64,000 nucleotides of DNA from Minisyncoccota bacterium. GTDB lineage: Bacteria > Patescibacteriota > Minisyncoccia > 2-02-FULL-40-12 > GWA2-44-9. Position 1 is the first letter of the stretch, and each line of letters starts with the position of its first letter. Of this stretch, positions 28,525 through 37,390 are shown in pieces. Below the pieces are notes generated by a model that saw only the letters and a program-made list of their open reading frames with translations, had not been told where the DNA came from and made no database searches. The stretch covers positions 331,921 through 395,920 of the forward strand of contig CP129474.1 in the NCBI GenBank assembly GCA_030583765.1. The letters run 5' to 3'. A program made the translations under genes and the position numbers.

Positions 28525-29583
28525 ATGTTTATGACGACACCTAATGTAAAAACGATGAAAGACCTCCTGACGCGGGACGAATTTCGCCTCCCAAAGCCAG
28601 GATCCATCCTTTCCGGCACAATTGTAAGCGTTTCTAAAGGAAGCGTTCTTGTTGATCTTGGGCCGGTGGGCATGGGCATCGTCTACCCTGGCGAATTTCT
28701 TGATAGCCCAGATCGCATGCGCGCATTGGCGCCCGGCCACACCGTTTCGGCCGTGCTCCTTGAGCTTGAAAATGAGGACGGGTACCGCGAGCTCTCGCTA
28801 CGCTCCGCCCAAATGACAACCGCTTGGCAACGTATCCGCCAAGCAAAAGAAGAGGGCACTATTATCTCAGCCCCCGTTACAAACATTAATAAGGGCGGGC
28901 TTATTGTTGAGGTTGAAGGCGTCCAAGGTTTCCTTCCTCTCTCACAGCTCTCTGCGGAGCACTACCCAAAGGTAGAAGGCGGCGACACTGCAAAGATCGT
29001 CCAAGCACTCCAGAAGTTTAAGGGCGCTGAAATGAAGGTAAAGGTGCTCGACTTCATCGAAGAAGAGAAAAAGCTCATCGTTTCAGAGCGAGCCATTCGC
29101 GATGAAGCGGTTCGCGAAGAAATCGCGAAGCTTTCTGTTGGCGCGGAAGTAACGGGCACTATTTCAGAAGTGACCGACTTCGGTGCATTTTTAAAGATCT
29201 CGGACACCCTCGACGGACTCATCCATGCGTCGGAGATGTCGTGGGGCTACGTTGAAGACCCGCGCACCCTCCTTGAAGTTGGCGCTGAGGTAAAGGCGAA
29301 GATCATTGGCTTGGACGGTGGTCGTGTATCTCTCTCCATGAAGGCGCTCACACCGGATCCATGGCTTAACGTTGCGGATCGCTACAGTGTTGGCGCACAG
29401 GTCACCGGAACCGTCGTGAAGCTTCGCTCACACGGCGCATTTGTTGCACTTGATAAAGACATTGTCGGCATGGTCCCAATGGCAGAACTCGAAAAGACTC
29501 CCCTCATCGCGGGAGAAAAGCGAACGTTCACGATATCAGCCATCGAACCGGCGGAGCACAAGCTGCTCCTTGCAACGCAGTAA
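28525..29583 (+). CDS. rpsA: 30S ribosomal protein S1 (short form, 4 S1 domains)
   Basis: Repeated S1 domain blocks (G.IV.V..GGL.V...G..GFLP.S.L). Confidence 0.85.
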   Translation: MFMTTPNVKTMKDLLTRDEFRLPKPGSILSGTIVSVSKGSVLVDLGPVGMGIVYPGEFLDSPDRMRALAPGHTVSAVLLELENEDGYRELSLRSAQMTTAWQRIRQAKEEGTIISAPVTNINKGGLIVEVEGVQGFLPLSQLSAEHYPKVEGGDTAKIVQALQKFKGAEMKVKVLDFIEEEKKLIVSERAIRDEAVREEIAKLSVGAEVTGTISEVTDFGAFLKISDTLDGLIHASEMSWGYVEDPRTLLEVGAEVKAKIIGLDGGRVSLSMKALTPDPWLNVADRYSVGAQVTGTVVKLRSHGAFVALDKDIVGMVPMAELEKTPLIAGEKRTFTISAIEPAEHKLLLATQ

Positions 29584-29649
29584 GAAAAAGACGCGTTGCT
29601 CGCTCCGCCGCTTCCGTGATACACTCGCGAAGCGGCGGTTTCGTTTCAT

Positions 29650-31464
29650 ATGATGAAGCTTATTCGTTCAATTGCCCTCACATTCCTCGTCTTTTTGGCG
29701 CTCTCCGGACTCGCCTCTTTTTTCCTTGGGGGGCCAGAGCCTGAGCGCATTTCGCTCACTGAGTTGGCTCAGAAAATAAATGCAAAGGAGGTAAAAGAGG
29801 TGGTCATCGAATACGACCGGCTCGCTATTACCCTTGCCGATGATTCGCGCGCCGTCTCACAAAAAGAGCTCAACACTCCCCTTACCGAAACCCTTGTTGC
29901 GCTCGGTGCAAAACCAGAGCTTCTAAGCGGTATCTCGGTGCGAGTCCAGGATCCTAGCGGCGTAGGAACATGGCTTGGTGCAATTCTCCCCAGCCTGATC
30001 CCCATTCTCATTACCGTTGGCATTTTGTGGTATTTCTTCCGCCAAGCACAGCGTGGCTCTCTACAAACCAATAGCTTTACTAAAACAAAAGCGAAGCTCG
30101 CCGTAGGATCCCAAAACGGCAAAGCGATCACCTTCAAAGATGTTGCGGGGCTCATTGAAGCAAAAGAAGAGGTCAGCGAAGTGGTTGAGTTCCTCAAGGA
30201 GCCAGAGCGATTCCATAAATTAGGTGCGCGCATTCCTCGAGGAGTGCTCCTTGTGGGCACGCCGGGAACTGGTAAAACACTCCTCGCAAAAGCCGTTGCG
30301 AACGAGGCGGGCGTCCCCTTCTATTATGTCTCTGGCTCTGACTTCGTAGAGCTCTTTGTGGGCGTGGGCGCAAATCGCGTGCGCGACACCTTTGAAATCG
30401 CGAAAAAGACCGCCCCTTCTATTATCTTCATCGATGAAGTTGATGCTGTCGGTCGCCAGCGCGGCGCGGGACTTGGCGGCGGACACGATGAGCGCGAACA
30501 GACGCTCAACCAGATTCTTGTAGAGATGGATGGCTTTGAGGGCAAAGACGCGGTTGTGGTGATGGCAGCGACAAACCGCCCTGACATTCTTGACCCGGCC
30601 CTTCTCCGCCCAGGTCGCTTTGACCGTCGCGTCATCTTGGATGAACCCTCGCTCAATGATCGTGAAGCGATTCTCAAAATCCATTCGGAAGACAAGCCGC
30701 TCGCACAAGATGTCGATCTCCGCCTTGTCGCTGAGCGCACGCCTGGATTCTCGGGCGCAGACCTCGCTAATCTCATTAATGAAGCGGCTATTCTCGCCGC
30801 GCGATCACGACGCACCGAAATCCTTCAAATTGACGTCCTGCAGGCAATTGAAAAGGTTATGCTTGGCCCCGAACGCCGCTCCCACGCACTTTCGGTGCGC
30901 GAAAAAGAGATCACCGCATACCACGAAGCAGGCCACGCTCTTGTTGCATACTCACTCCCCCACACAGATCCCGTGCATAAAGTGTCTATTGTTTCGCGTG
31001 GACGGGCAGGCGGCTACACATTGAAACTCCCCTCTGAGGATAAGCACATGAAAACACGAGCAGAATTTGAATCAGAGCTCGCAGTGCTCATGGGTGGATA
31101 TACGGCAGAGCAAATAATTTTTGGCGACATCACCACGGGGGCCTCAAACGACCTTCGTGTTGCATCAAACATCGCGCGCCACATGGTAACGCAGTACGGC
31201 ATGTCCACGAAGATTGGCCCCGTCTCTTACCCAGAGCCAAGTGGTGAGATATTCTTAGGGAGAGATTTGGCGACGGGGCGCGAATATTCAGAAACGATCG
31301 CTGCACAGATTGATGACGAGGTGCGAACACTCCTCCTGCACGCGCAAAAAACAGCAAAGGAAACAATTACCAAGCACCGTGAGCAGTTGGAAAAAATTGC
31401 AAAGACGTTGATAGAAAAAGAAACGATAGAACAGCAGGAGTTCTACGCCCTCATGAAGGGCTAA
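29650..31464 (+). CDS. ftsH: ATP-dependent zinc metalloprotease FtsH
   Basis: N-terminal TMs, AAA+ Walker [12 protein letters not shown], and the zinc motif HEAGHAL. Confidence 0.9.
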   Translation: MMKLIRSIALTFLVFLALSGLASFFLGGPEPERISLTELAQKINAKEVKEVVIEYDRLAITLADDSRAVSQKELNTPLTETLVALGAKPELLSGISVRVQDPSGVGTWLGAILPSLIPILITVGILWYFFRQAQRGSLQTNSFTKTKAKLAVGSQNGKAITFKDVAGLIEAKEEVSEVVEFLKEPERFHKLGARIPRGVLLVGTPGTGKTLLAKAVANEAGVPFYYVSGSDFVELFVGVGANRVRDTFEIAKKTAPSIIFIDEVDAVGRQRGAGLGGGHDEREQTLNQILVEMDGFEGKDAVVVMAATNRPDILDPALLRPGRFDRRVILDEPSLNDREAILKIHSEDKPLAQDVDLRLVAERTPGFSGADLANLINEAAILAARSRRTEILQIDVLQAIEKVMLGPERRSHALSVREKEITAYHEAGHALVAYSLPHTDPVHKVSIVSRGRAGGYTLKLPSEDKHMKTRAEFESELAVLMGGYTAEQIIFGDITTGASNDLRVASNIARHMVTQYGMSTKIGPVSYPEPSGEIFLGRDLATGREYSETIAAQIDDEVRTLLLHAQKTAKETITKHREQLEKIAKTLIEKETIEQQEFYALMKG

Positions 31465-31537
31465 CGGCCCGTAGCTCAGTTGGTAGAGCAGGCGTCTTAT
31501 ACACGCCGGGTCCCTGGTTCGAGTCCAGGCGGGCCGA
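31465..31537 (+). tRNA. tRNA-Ile with anticodon TAT (UAU, reads AUA). First pair C1-G72
   Basis: Hand-folded: acceptor CGGCCCG/CGGGCCG, D-arm GCTCAGTTGGTAGAGC, anticodon stem GGCGT/ACGCC, loop CTTATAC, T-arm CCTGGTTCGAGTCCAGG. Confidence 0.65.
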
Positions 31538-31585
31538 CTATATACTCAATACAATGCCCACTGCTGGGCGTTGTATAGAAAAGAA

Positions 31586-31620
31586 GACGCCCCTCGTGCA
31601 AAGCACGTGGGGCGTTTTTG
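31586..31620 (+). terminator. Intrinsic terminator after tRNA-Ile
   Basis: gacgcccc...ggggcgt followed by ttttt. Confidence 0.55.
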
Positions 31621-31635
31621 TCGTCGCCCGGTCCA

Positions 31636-32001
31636 CTAGGGGCCGGTCGGCGCAGAGGTCGGGGGCGTGGTGGGCGCTCCGCCACGGGGACGGCGCTGAC
31701 CGTTCTTGCGCCGCTCCTCCGCGCGACGCTTGAACTCGGCTTCCATGGTACGACGCACCGCTTCGTCCATGGACCCACTGTTGAGACGGGCCTCGAAGGC
31801 CTCTCTGAAGCGCTCGTCGAACCTCGCACTGAGGTCGCGCTCGAAGGCCTCGAAGCGATCAGCCTCCGTCGCCGAAGGCGGCACAGGAGAACTTCCCGCG
31901 GCCGGAGTGGCCGGCGGGGTGGCAGCGGCCACCGCCTCCTTCGGCCAGAACACCGCGGCCAGCAACAGAAGCGCAGCACACAACAAAAGGAATGGGGCCA
32001 T
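31636..32001 (-). CDS. Small secreted Pro/Ala-rich protein (121 aa), very high GC
   Basis: Signal peptide MAPFLLLCAALLLLAAVFW, then an acidic/basic helical region. Several overlapping antisense ORFs here are GC-driven artefacts. Confidence 0.4.
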   Translation of the reverse strand: MAPFLLLCAALLLLAAVFWPKEAVAAATPPATPAAGSSPVPPSATEADRFEAFERDLSARFDERFREAFEARLNSGSMDEAVRRTMEAEFKRRAEERRKNGQRRPRGGAPTTPPTSAPTGP

Positions 32002-32269
32002 CAGACACCTCTCTTTCGCTCAATAGTATACAATATAAAATGCATAGTTGTCAATCTCGCTTTTCAGCTCCAAAAAAGCGAAAGGCCTAGTGATACCGGT
32101 ATCACTAGGCCTTGGTGGCTTATCTTTTACAAGCGAGCAAGCTTGGATGTTTGAGCGCATCACGCTACGGCGTTTTAGAGATTATCCCCTCTCAAGCGCG
32201 CACGCTGTGGGGTACGAATCGGACGAAGTCGCTACTACCGAAGAACGACGTCGGCAGTTCTAGGGCGGT

Positions 32270-33526
32270 TCACGCGTTTACATCACGGAGCCACTCCTTA
32301 TTTACACGCTCGCGAGCGGCGACAAGTCGCGCCTCCACGCTCGCGATATCCTCACGAGACGACGCGGACGATGCGTCGGCGAGTAGTTGCTTGAGTTCAC
32401 TCGATGTTCCTGCATCTTTTCGTGCCTCAGCCTTCACAAAAAGATCGTAGATCTCTTCGTAGATCGGCTGGCGGTCTGCGTGTGGTAAGAGTGATGGCCC
32501 CGCTGGAGAGCTCCGCCACAACGACTCGGCAGCAAGAGATCCGGACGTCCTCAGAGCAACCTCATCGGCAGCGCGCTCCTCCAGTTTTTCAGCTTGAAGA
32601 ATGGGGCCGGTCGCCATCGTGAGGGCAACCGTTTCACCGCCAGCCCCTTCTTCAGGTACCTGCGGCTCAAGAGCTGCGATCGCAGCGAGTTCCTCGGGAG
32701 AGAGGTCGCGGATCGTCGAGGGCTCTAGTTGTTCGCTCTTGGTGGGAGCCACCTCCTCTTTCGGAAGTTCCGGCTCGCCCGACGGCGGAACCGAAAAGAT
32801 GGGAAGCTCTTCGGTTGTCGGCTTACGCACCTCGTCAGCGCGCAGACCTTCGTGAGTGAGCTTGCGCTCCCCTCCATCGGGCCCACGCGGACCTTGTGGA
32901 GGATCATCACCGCCCCTGCGGCCCGACCCCCGCATGAAGACAAGGGCGACGGCCATGCCGAGCATGATGGACAGAATTCCGACCACGAACCACATCGGGC
33001 GCGCGAGCTTTTCATCGCGATCCTCAGCAAGAGCTCGATTCTGTTCGAGTGCCTGCCGAGTGAGCGCGTTTGCGGTCAGCTCACGCTGTACCGCAGCGCG
33101 AGCTTCGGCTTCCAGTTGCGCAACGCGACGCTGTAGGGGCTCGACCTTCGCAGCAACCGCCGCGTCGATCTTCTCCTGCAGAAGCCTGTCGGCTTCCGCC
33201 TTGGCCGCCTCGGCACGCGCCTTGCGCACCGCAGCAGCCTTTTGAATCTGCTCGGGAGTGAGTCGCTTGCGCGGCTCCTGGCCCTTGAAAACTCGGGTCG
33301 GAACCCGTTCTGCGTTCAGGACACATAGGTCGTTTTCGGCGACCTGATAGTCCTTCGAGACTCCGGCGCAGTATCGCACCGAAGCAAGGACGTCCTGCAA
33401 CCCAGCGGGCCCCAGGGCATCCAACGGCGACTGGGCGCGCGCCACGGGGGCGGCGACCAGTGCCAACATCATCGCGACCATCGCGATGAGTCCGATCCTT
33501 CTCAACCTCATCATTGTCATTGTCAA
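32270..33526 (-). CDS. Secreted/membrane-anchored coiled-coil protein (418 aa), very high GC
   Basis: Signal peptide, long Ala/Glu/Arg-rich coiled coil, a central TM (MWFVVGILSIMLGMAVALVFM), and a Pro/Glu-rich C-terminal domain. Confidence 0.45.
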   Translation of the reverse strand: MTMTMMRLRRIGLIAMVAMMLALVAAPVARAQSPLDALGPAGLQDVLASVRYCAGVSKDYQVAENDLCVLNAERVPTRVFKGQEPRKRLTPEQIQKAAAVRKARAEAAKAEADRLLQEKIDAAVAAKVEPLQRRVAQLEAEARAAVQRELTANALTRQALEQNRALAEDRDEKLARPMWFVVGILSIMLGMAVALVFMRGSGRRGGDDPPQGPRGPDGGERKLTHEGLRADEVRKPTTEELPIFSVPPSGEPELPKEEVAPTKSEQLEPSTIRDLSPEELAAIAALEPQVPEEGAGGETVALTMATGPILQAEKLEERAADEVALRTSGSLAAESLWRSSPAGPSLLPHADRQPIYEEIYDLFVKAEARKDAGTSSELKQLLADASSASSREDIASVEARLVAARERVNKEWLRDVNA

Positions 33527-33625
33527 AGACCTCCTCTATCCCCTTAGGGAGACAGTCATATCTTTTAACATAAAAACAGACTGGCGTCAATGCCCTTCTC
33601 GTGCTATACTCTCTACATCTTTTTT

Positions 33626-33699
33626 GGGCGCTTAGCTCAGTTGGTTAGAGCGACTCGTTTACACCGAGTAGGCCGGGGGTTCGAATCCCTCAGCGCCCA
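33626..33699 (+). tRNA. tRNA-Val (anticodon TAC)
   Basis: Acceptor GGGCGCT/AGCGCCC, anticodon stem ACTCG/CGAGT, loop TTTACAC, T-arm GGGGGTTCGAATCCCTC. Confidence 0.85.
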
Positions 33700-33868
33700 C
33701 AACTTATGATGAAGCCGCCGTTTGGCGGGTTTATCACAAGAGGTTATATATGCTGAGGATTCGAACGCCGGAGCGATGTCCCGCAAGCTTGTGGGACCGC
33801 GAGGCGGTGCCTAGCCTGAGTCGAGCGACGGCGAGACGAAAGGCGAAGGAGAATCCCTCAGCGCACAC
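33700..33868 (+). repeat. tRNA-linked element copy A (about 169 nt), ending in a 14-18-nt direct repeat of the tRNA-Val 3' end
   Basis: gaatccctcagcgc (33851-33864) repeats tRNA-Val 33682-33695. Contains blocks GAACGCCGGAGC, GAGGCGGTG, AGCCTGAGTC and AGGCGAAGG shared with the element after tRNA-Arg. A 7-bp stem gctgagg/cctcagc (33762-33768 / 33854-33860) encloses the core. Confidence 0.6.
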
Positions 33869-33871
33869 CCC

Positions 33872-34564
33872 ATGACACCTCCGACTGTTCTTTTAGAAAC
33901 GCCCGATCTCCTCTTTATAGACAAGCCGTCTGGGCTTACCGTCCATAAAAAGACGGCGGAAGATCCCCAACACACTCTTGCGGATTGGGTTGTCGAACGC
34001 TATCCCGATATTCGAAATGTTGGCGAAGACCCACTTCGCCCAGGTATCGTCCACCGCCTCGATAAAGAAACGTCCGGCGTGATGGTTGTCGCAAAAACAA
34101 ACGCGGCATTCTTTTCATTAAAAAAACAGTTTCAAGACCACATTATTGAGAAAGAATATTGGGCCCTGGTACATGGGACTCCTCGCCCACCTCAGGGCAC
34201 CATAGATGCTCCCATTGGAGCCCTTGGAAACAAGCGCACTACACGCATCCATGGCAAGCGAACCCTTGTGGCCCACGAAGCCATCACTGATTATAGAACC
34301 CTCAAAACCTTTGATCGGTTTTCACTCATCGCCGCCCACCCTCGCACGGGGCGCACGCACCAAATTCGAGTGCACTGCAAGCACATGGGGACGCCAATCG
34401 CAGGAGACCTGCTCTATACCACATCTGCCCCAATCCCCCAGGGCCTCTCTCGCCTTTTTCTCCACGCCCACTCCCTTTCCGTTGCCGCCCCAGACAGTTC
34501 TCGTGTAAGCGTTCAGGCCCCCCTCCCAGGGGATTTACAAAACGTTCTTGATGCGTTACACTAG
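33872..34564 (+). CDS. RluA-family pseudouridine synthase
   Basis: HRLDKETSGVMVVAK catalytic Asp motif. Also FIDKPSGLTVH. Confidence 0.85.
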   Translation: MTPPTVLLETPDLLFIDKPSGLTVHKKTAEDPQHTLADWVVERYPDIRNVGEDPLRPGIVHRLDKETSGVMVVAKTNAAFFSLKKQFQDHIIEKEYWALVHGTPRPPQGTIDAPIGALGNKRTTRIHGKRTLVAHEAITDYRTLKTFDRFSLIAAHPRTGRTHQIRVHCKHMGTPIAGDLLYTTSAPIPQGLSRLFLHAHSLSVAAPDSSRVSVQAPLPGDLQNVLDALH

Positions 34565-34576
34565 GCCTCGCTTATT

Positions 34577-34996
34577 ATGACGAACGCAACCAACCAATTC
34601 ATCGCAAAGTACGCCCCCGCAAAGCGCTTTGAAGACATCCGCGTCGGCTGGACCGTCCGCGTCTCTCAAAAGATTATTGAAAAGGGCAAGTCAAAGAATA
34701 GCATCTTTGAAGGCATTGTTATTGCTCGCAAACACGGCACCGGGCCTGGCGCAACCATCACCGTCCGCAAGGTTTCCAATGGCATCGGCGTCGAGAAGGT
34801 TCTCCCGCTCGCTCTCCCAACCATTGAGAAAATCGAAGTTGTAAAGAAATCCCGCGTCCGTCGCGCAAAGCTCTACTATCTCCGCACCAAGTCTGCTCGC
34901 GAAATTCGTAAGAAGACTCGCGCCCTTTCGGCAGCCATCGCCCCAGAACCAGTAGTAGAGGCGCCGGAACCAGAAGAGACTCCTGCAGCAGAATAA
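34577..34996 (+). CDS. rplS: 50S ribosomal protein L19
   Basis: Conserved L19 core (RVGWTVRVSQKIIEKGKSKNSIFEGIVIARKHGTG...ITVRKV) with a Pro/Glu-rich C-terminal extension. Confidence 0.9.
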   Translation: MTNATNQFIAKYAPAKRFEDIRVGWTVRVSQKIIEKGKSKNSIFEGIVIARKHGTGPGATITVRKVSNGIGVEKVLPLALPTIEKIEVVKKSRVRRAKLYYLRTKSAREIRKKTRALSAAIAPEPVVEAPEPEETPAAE

Positions 34997-35193
34997 CCGG
35001 CCGGCGCCCACAAGGGCGCCGTTCTGTTCTCCTCTGGAAAAGGTTTGCAAAATGCGGTATCCTCTCTTCCTGTTAGGATGGTAGGTTATTTGTTTTTTAA
35101 ATTATGCGCGGGTGGGCCGAATGTGAGCGGGTGAACATTCGGCGGGTTTCAAAAGAAACCCAGGTCGACACCCGCAACAGTTTTTTAAATTAT

Positions 35194-35277
35194 GCGCGGG
35201 TGGCGAAATTGGCAGACGCACTACCTTGAGGTGGTAGCGCCCGCAAGGGCATGGAGGTTCAAGTCCTCTCCCGCGCA
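35194..35277 (+). tRNA. tRNA-Leu (anticodon GAG), type II
   Basis: Acceptor GCGCGGG/CCCGCGC, anticodon stem CTACC/GGTAG, loop TTGAGGT, long variable arm, T-arm GGAGGTTCAAGTCCTCT. Confidence 0.8.
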
Positions 35278-35290
35278 CAGTATAGTTTTG

Positions 35291-35364
35291 GGGCGGTTAG
35301 CTCAGTTGGCTAGAGCGACTCATTGACGTTGAGTAGGTCATAGGTTCAAGTCCTATACCGCCCA
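35291..35364 (+). tRNA. tRNA-Val (anticodon GAC)
   Basis: Acceptor GGGCGGT/ACCGCCC, anticodon stem ACTCA/TGAGT, loop TTGACGT, T-arm ATAGGTTCAAGTCCTAT. Confidence 0.8.
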
Positions 35365-36006
35365 CTATCGCAGTATCTCTCTGATTCTCTGAATAGCGAG
35401 TGGCATATTACGCCTCCCTTGTCCCACTGGATAGTGGGTAGGGTATACGCAGTACGTAGCCCCACCGACGCTCAGGCGCTCGCACGTAGCGCCAGAATAG
35501 CCACTGACGCTAATATTCTTCTTTAATAACACCGAGGATACCTGATTGCCAAAGGTAATAATCTTTTTAGGATTAATCATCTCAATCTCTTGATACATTA
35601 GATCAAGGTAGTCTCTAAACACGCCGTTGTTCAGGGGCCTGGCGTCAAGCTGTGTGCACTTAGCGAGATTGGTTATAAAGATTGATTTTGATTCTATATC
35701 TTTGTACACAAGGTTTGTAAACCTTACATCCCATTGTTGTTTTAATTTAATTGCATCGTAGAGGCTTGTGTTAATTAGGTTAAGCTCATTAAAAATATCC
35801 CACACGTGCCTTGTCCCAACCCAGGGAGCTCTTAGCCCGCCCCAATCAGGGTGGCTTGAGATGTTCCTCCCCGTTGGGTTCATAAACACAAACATAGCCG
35901 CTGGGCTATCTATACATCCGGCGCCATAAATTGGACGGAGGAGAGGCGCTCCGTGCTTCTTCTGTAAAGAATCATACAACTTGTGGAGCTGAGTAACTTG
36001 TCGCAT
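35365..36006 (-). CDS. Uracil-DNA-glycosylase-superfamily-like protein (tentative), AT-rich gene
   Basis: GAGCIDSPAAMFVFMNPTG and ITNLAKC blocks loosely resemble UDG-fold motifs. Start assumed at an internal Met (MRQVTQL, ATG 36006); the track ORF extends to 36138. Stop abuts the tRNA-Val(GAC) 3' end. Confidence 0.35.
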   Translation of the reverse strand: MRQVTQLHKLYDSLQKKHGAPLLRPIYGAGCIDSPAAMFVFMNPTGRNISSHPDWGGLRAPWVGTRHVWDIFNELNLINTSLYDAIKLKQQWDVRFTNLVYKDIESKSIFITNLAKCTQLDARPLNNGVFRDYLDLMYQEIEMINPKKIITFGNQVSSVLLKKNISVSGYSGATCERLSVGGATYCVYPTHYPVGQGRRNMPLAIQRIREILR

Positions 36007-36042
36007 AATGCGCACTATACAGCATAGGGCTGCTACTAGACA

Positions 36043-36522
36043 ATGAAGATAGCCTGGAAAAAACCAAGGGACAGCCACATTATCTACGAAGCGCTCTCTG
36101 CGCTTGCTGATGGCAGGCTTAAGCTTATCGATAGCCATAAAGCAACTTGCGAATCTACGTCCCGAGGAAAATCTTATGAGATCGAGTTCGACCCCGCAAC
36201 CAGCTCCATTATGTCAAACGACAACATGGCGTACTATGCCAGAGAAGTGAGCTATCCGATGGCGGCAATGTTTCTAATAAAAGAGATCTATGCCTTTGAT
36301 AAAAATATCCTTCACTATTTTAAAGATATAAGATGGAAAGACATAAATCAGAAGAATGGTAATAATTATATGAAATCTGTCGACGAGGTATTAAGGGGCC
36401 TAGAGAAACAGGGCGTTGCTACTGGATATATTAAAAAGATGGCACAGAAGATTTATGACGACATCTCAAGCGCAACCTGGTATATGCTTGGAGAAAGAAG
36501 GGCGCCGCCAAATGTATATTAG
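36043..36522 (+). CDS. Hypothetical protein (159 aa), AT-rich
   Basis: ORF only. Followed by hairpin gagccgcccgcggctc. Confidence 0.35.
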   Translation: MKIAWKKPRDSHIIYEALSALADGRLKLIDSHKATCESTSRGKSYEIEFDPATSSIMSNDNMAYYAREVSYPMAAMFLIKEIYAFDKNILHYFKDIRWKDINQKNGNNYMKSVDEVLRGLEKQGVATGYIKKMAQKIYDDISSATWYMLGERRAPPNVY

Positions 36523-36629
36523 TTAAGAATCAGAGCCGCCCGCGGCTCAGTATTCGTGCTGCAAGCTTGGGTGCAACGCCCCCACCACATGCCTTCCTTT
36601 TTCTCAAGAGACCTGCTACGGTGTAGGCC

Positions 36630-37262
36630 ATGAAAAAAGGCATCTCCGAAAAACATTCACGTACTCCCCTACAGCGAGTCGCGGGGTTCATCTACGAAAC
36701 CAGCATCCACAGCAGAACGCCCCGATCGGGGCTTTGGTTTTTAGGAACTGGCTCCCAGTCAGTCGCCGAACACCTCTTTCACACTGCCATGATCGCATAC
36801 GCGATGTGCTCCTTCTTTCCTAAGATCAACAAGGAGAAAGTGCTCCTTATGAGCTTAGTCCACGATATTGGCGAGGGTCGCACCTCTGATCTCAACTACG
36901 TCCACCAGCGCTACGGACGGCTCGCAGAAGCGCACGCGGTCAAAGATATTGCGAAAAGCGTCCCCTTCGGACAAGAAATTGAAGACCTCTATCACGAAGA
37001 GCAGGCGCGGATTACCCTCGAAGCTAAGGTGGTAAAAGATGCAGACCAGCTTGAATGGATGGCAACGTTGCGCGCAGAAGAAGTGAAGGGAAATAAAAAG
37101 GCGGGCACGTGGGCCCGTATTGCGCTCAAGCGCCTCAAAACGCCCGTTGGAAAGCAGCTTGGGAAACTCCTCCTCTCCACCAGCCCAGATGGCTGGTGGT
37201 TCGATGCTCATGACTCATGGTTTGTTGATCGCGATCCAAATGACCGCACGTGGAAGAAGTAG
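36630..37262 (+). CDS. HD-domain phosphohydrolase (YfbR-like 5'-deoxynucleotidase family)
   Basis: H...HD motif (AEHLFHTAMIAY...LVHDIGEGRTSD) and a downstream metal-binding Asp (DADQLE). Confidence 0.75.
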   Translation: MKKGISEKHSRTPLQRVAGFIYETSIHSRTPRSGLWFLGTGSQSVAEHLFHTAMIAYAMCSFFPKINKEKVLLMSLVHDIGEGRTSDLNYVHQRYGRLAEAHAVKDIAKSVPFGQEIEDLYHEEQARITLEAKVVKDADQLEWMATLRAEEVKGNKKAGTWARIALKRLKTPVGKQLGKLLLSTSPDGWWFDAHDSWFVDRDPNDRTWKK

Positions 37263-37286
37263 GGCTCTTGGGTATTTTAAACGGCA

Positions 37287-37312
37287 AAAAGCGACCTTGT
37301 AGGTCGCTTTTT
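37287..37312. terminator. Bidirectional terminator hairpin (aaaagcgacc-ttgt-aggtcgctttt)
   Basis: Sits between the HD hydrolase gene and the minus-strand tRNA-Phe. Confidence 0.6.
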
Positions 37313-37315
37313 AAC

Positions 37316-37390
37316 TGGTGCCGCGGGAGGGAATTGAACCCCCGACGCCATCCTCTTCAGGGATGCGCTCTACCACTGAGCTACCGCGGC
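37316..37390 (-). tRNA. tRNA-Phe (anticodon GAA), CCA encoded
   Basis: Reverse complement GCCGCGGTAGCTCAGTGGTAGAGCGCATCCCTGAAGAGGATG...GGTTCAATTCCCTCCCGCGGCACCA. Confidence 0.85.

Noticed and set aside
31497-33261. Numerous overlapping ORFs on both strands (e.g. 31497..31979, 31618..32154, 32856..33245, 33081..33590)
   Set aside because: High-GC artefacts with low-complexity Arg/Pro/Ala translations. Only the two ORFs with signal peptides were kept, at low confidence.
33700-33868. Interpretation of the tRNA-Val-linked element as a second, degenerate tRNA gene
   Set aside because: It has a 7-bp outer stem and a T-arm-like 3' end, but no D-arm or anticodon arm of tRNA dimensions (85 nt between the stem strands). 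It matches the tRNA-Arg-linked element rather than any tRNA.
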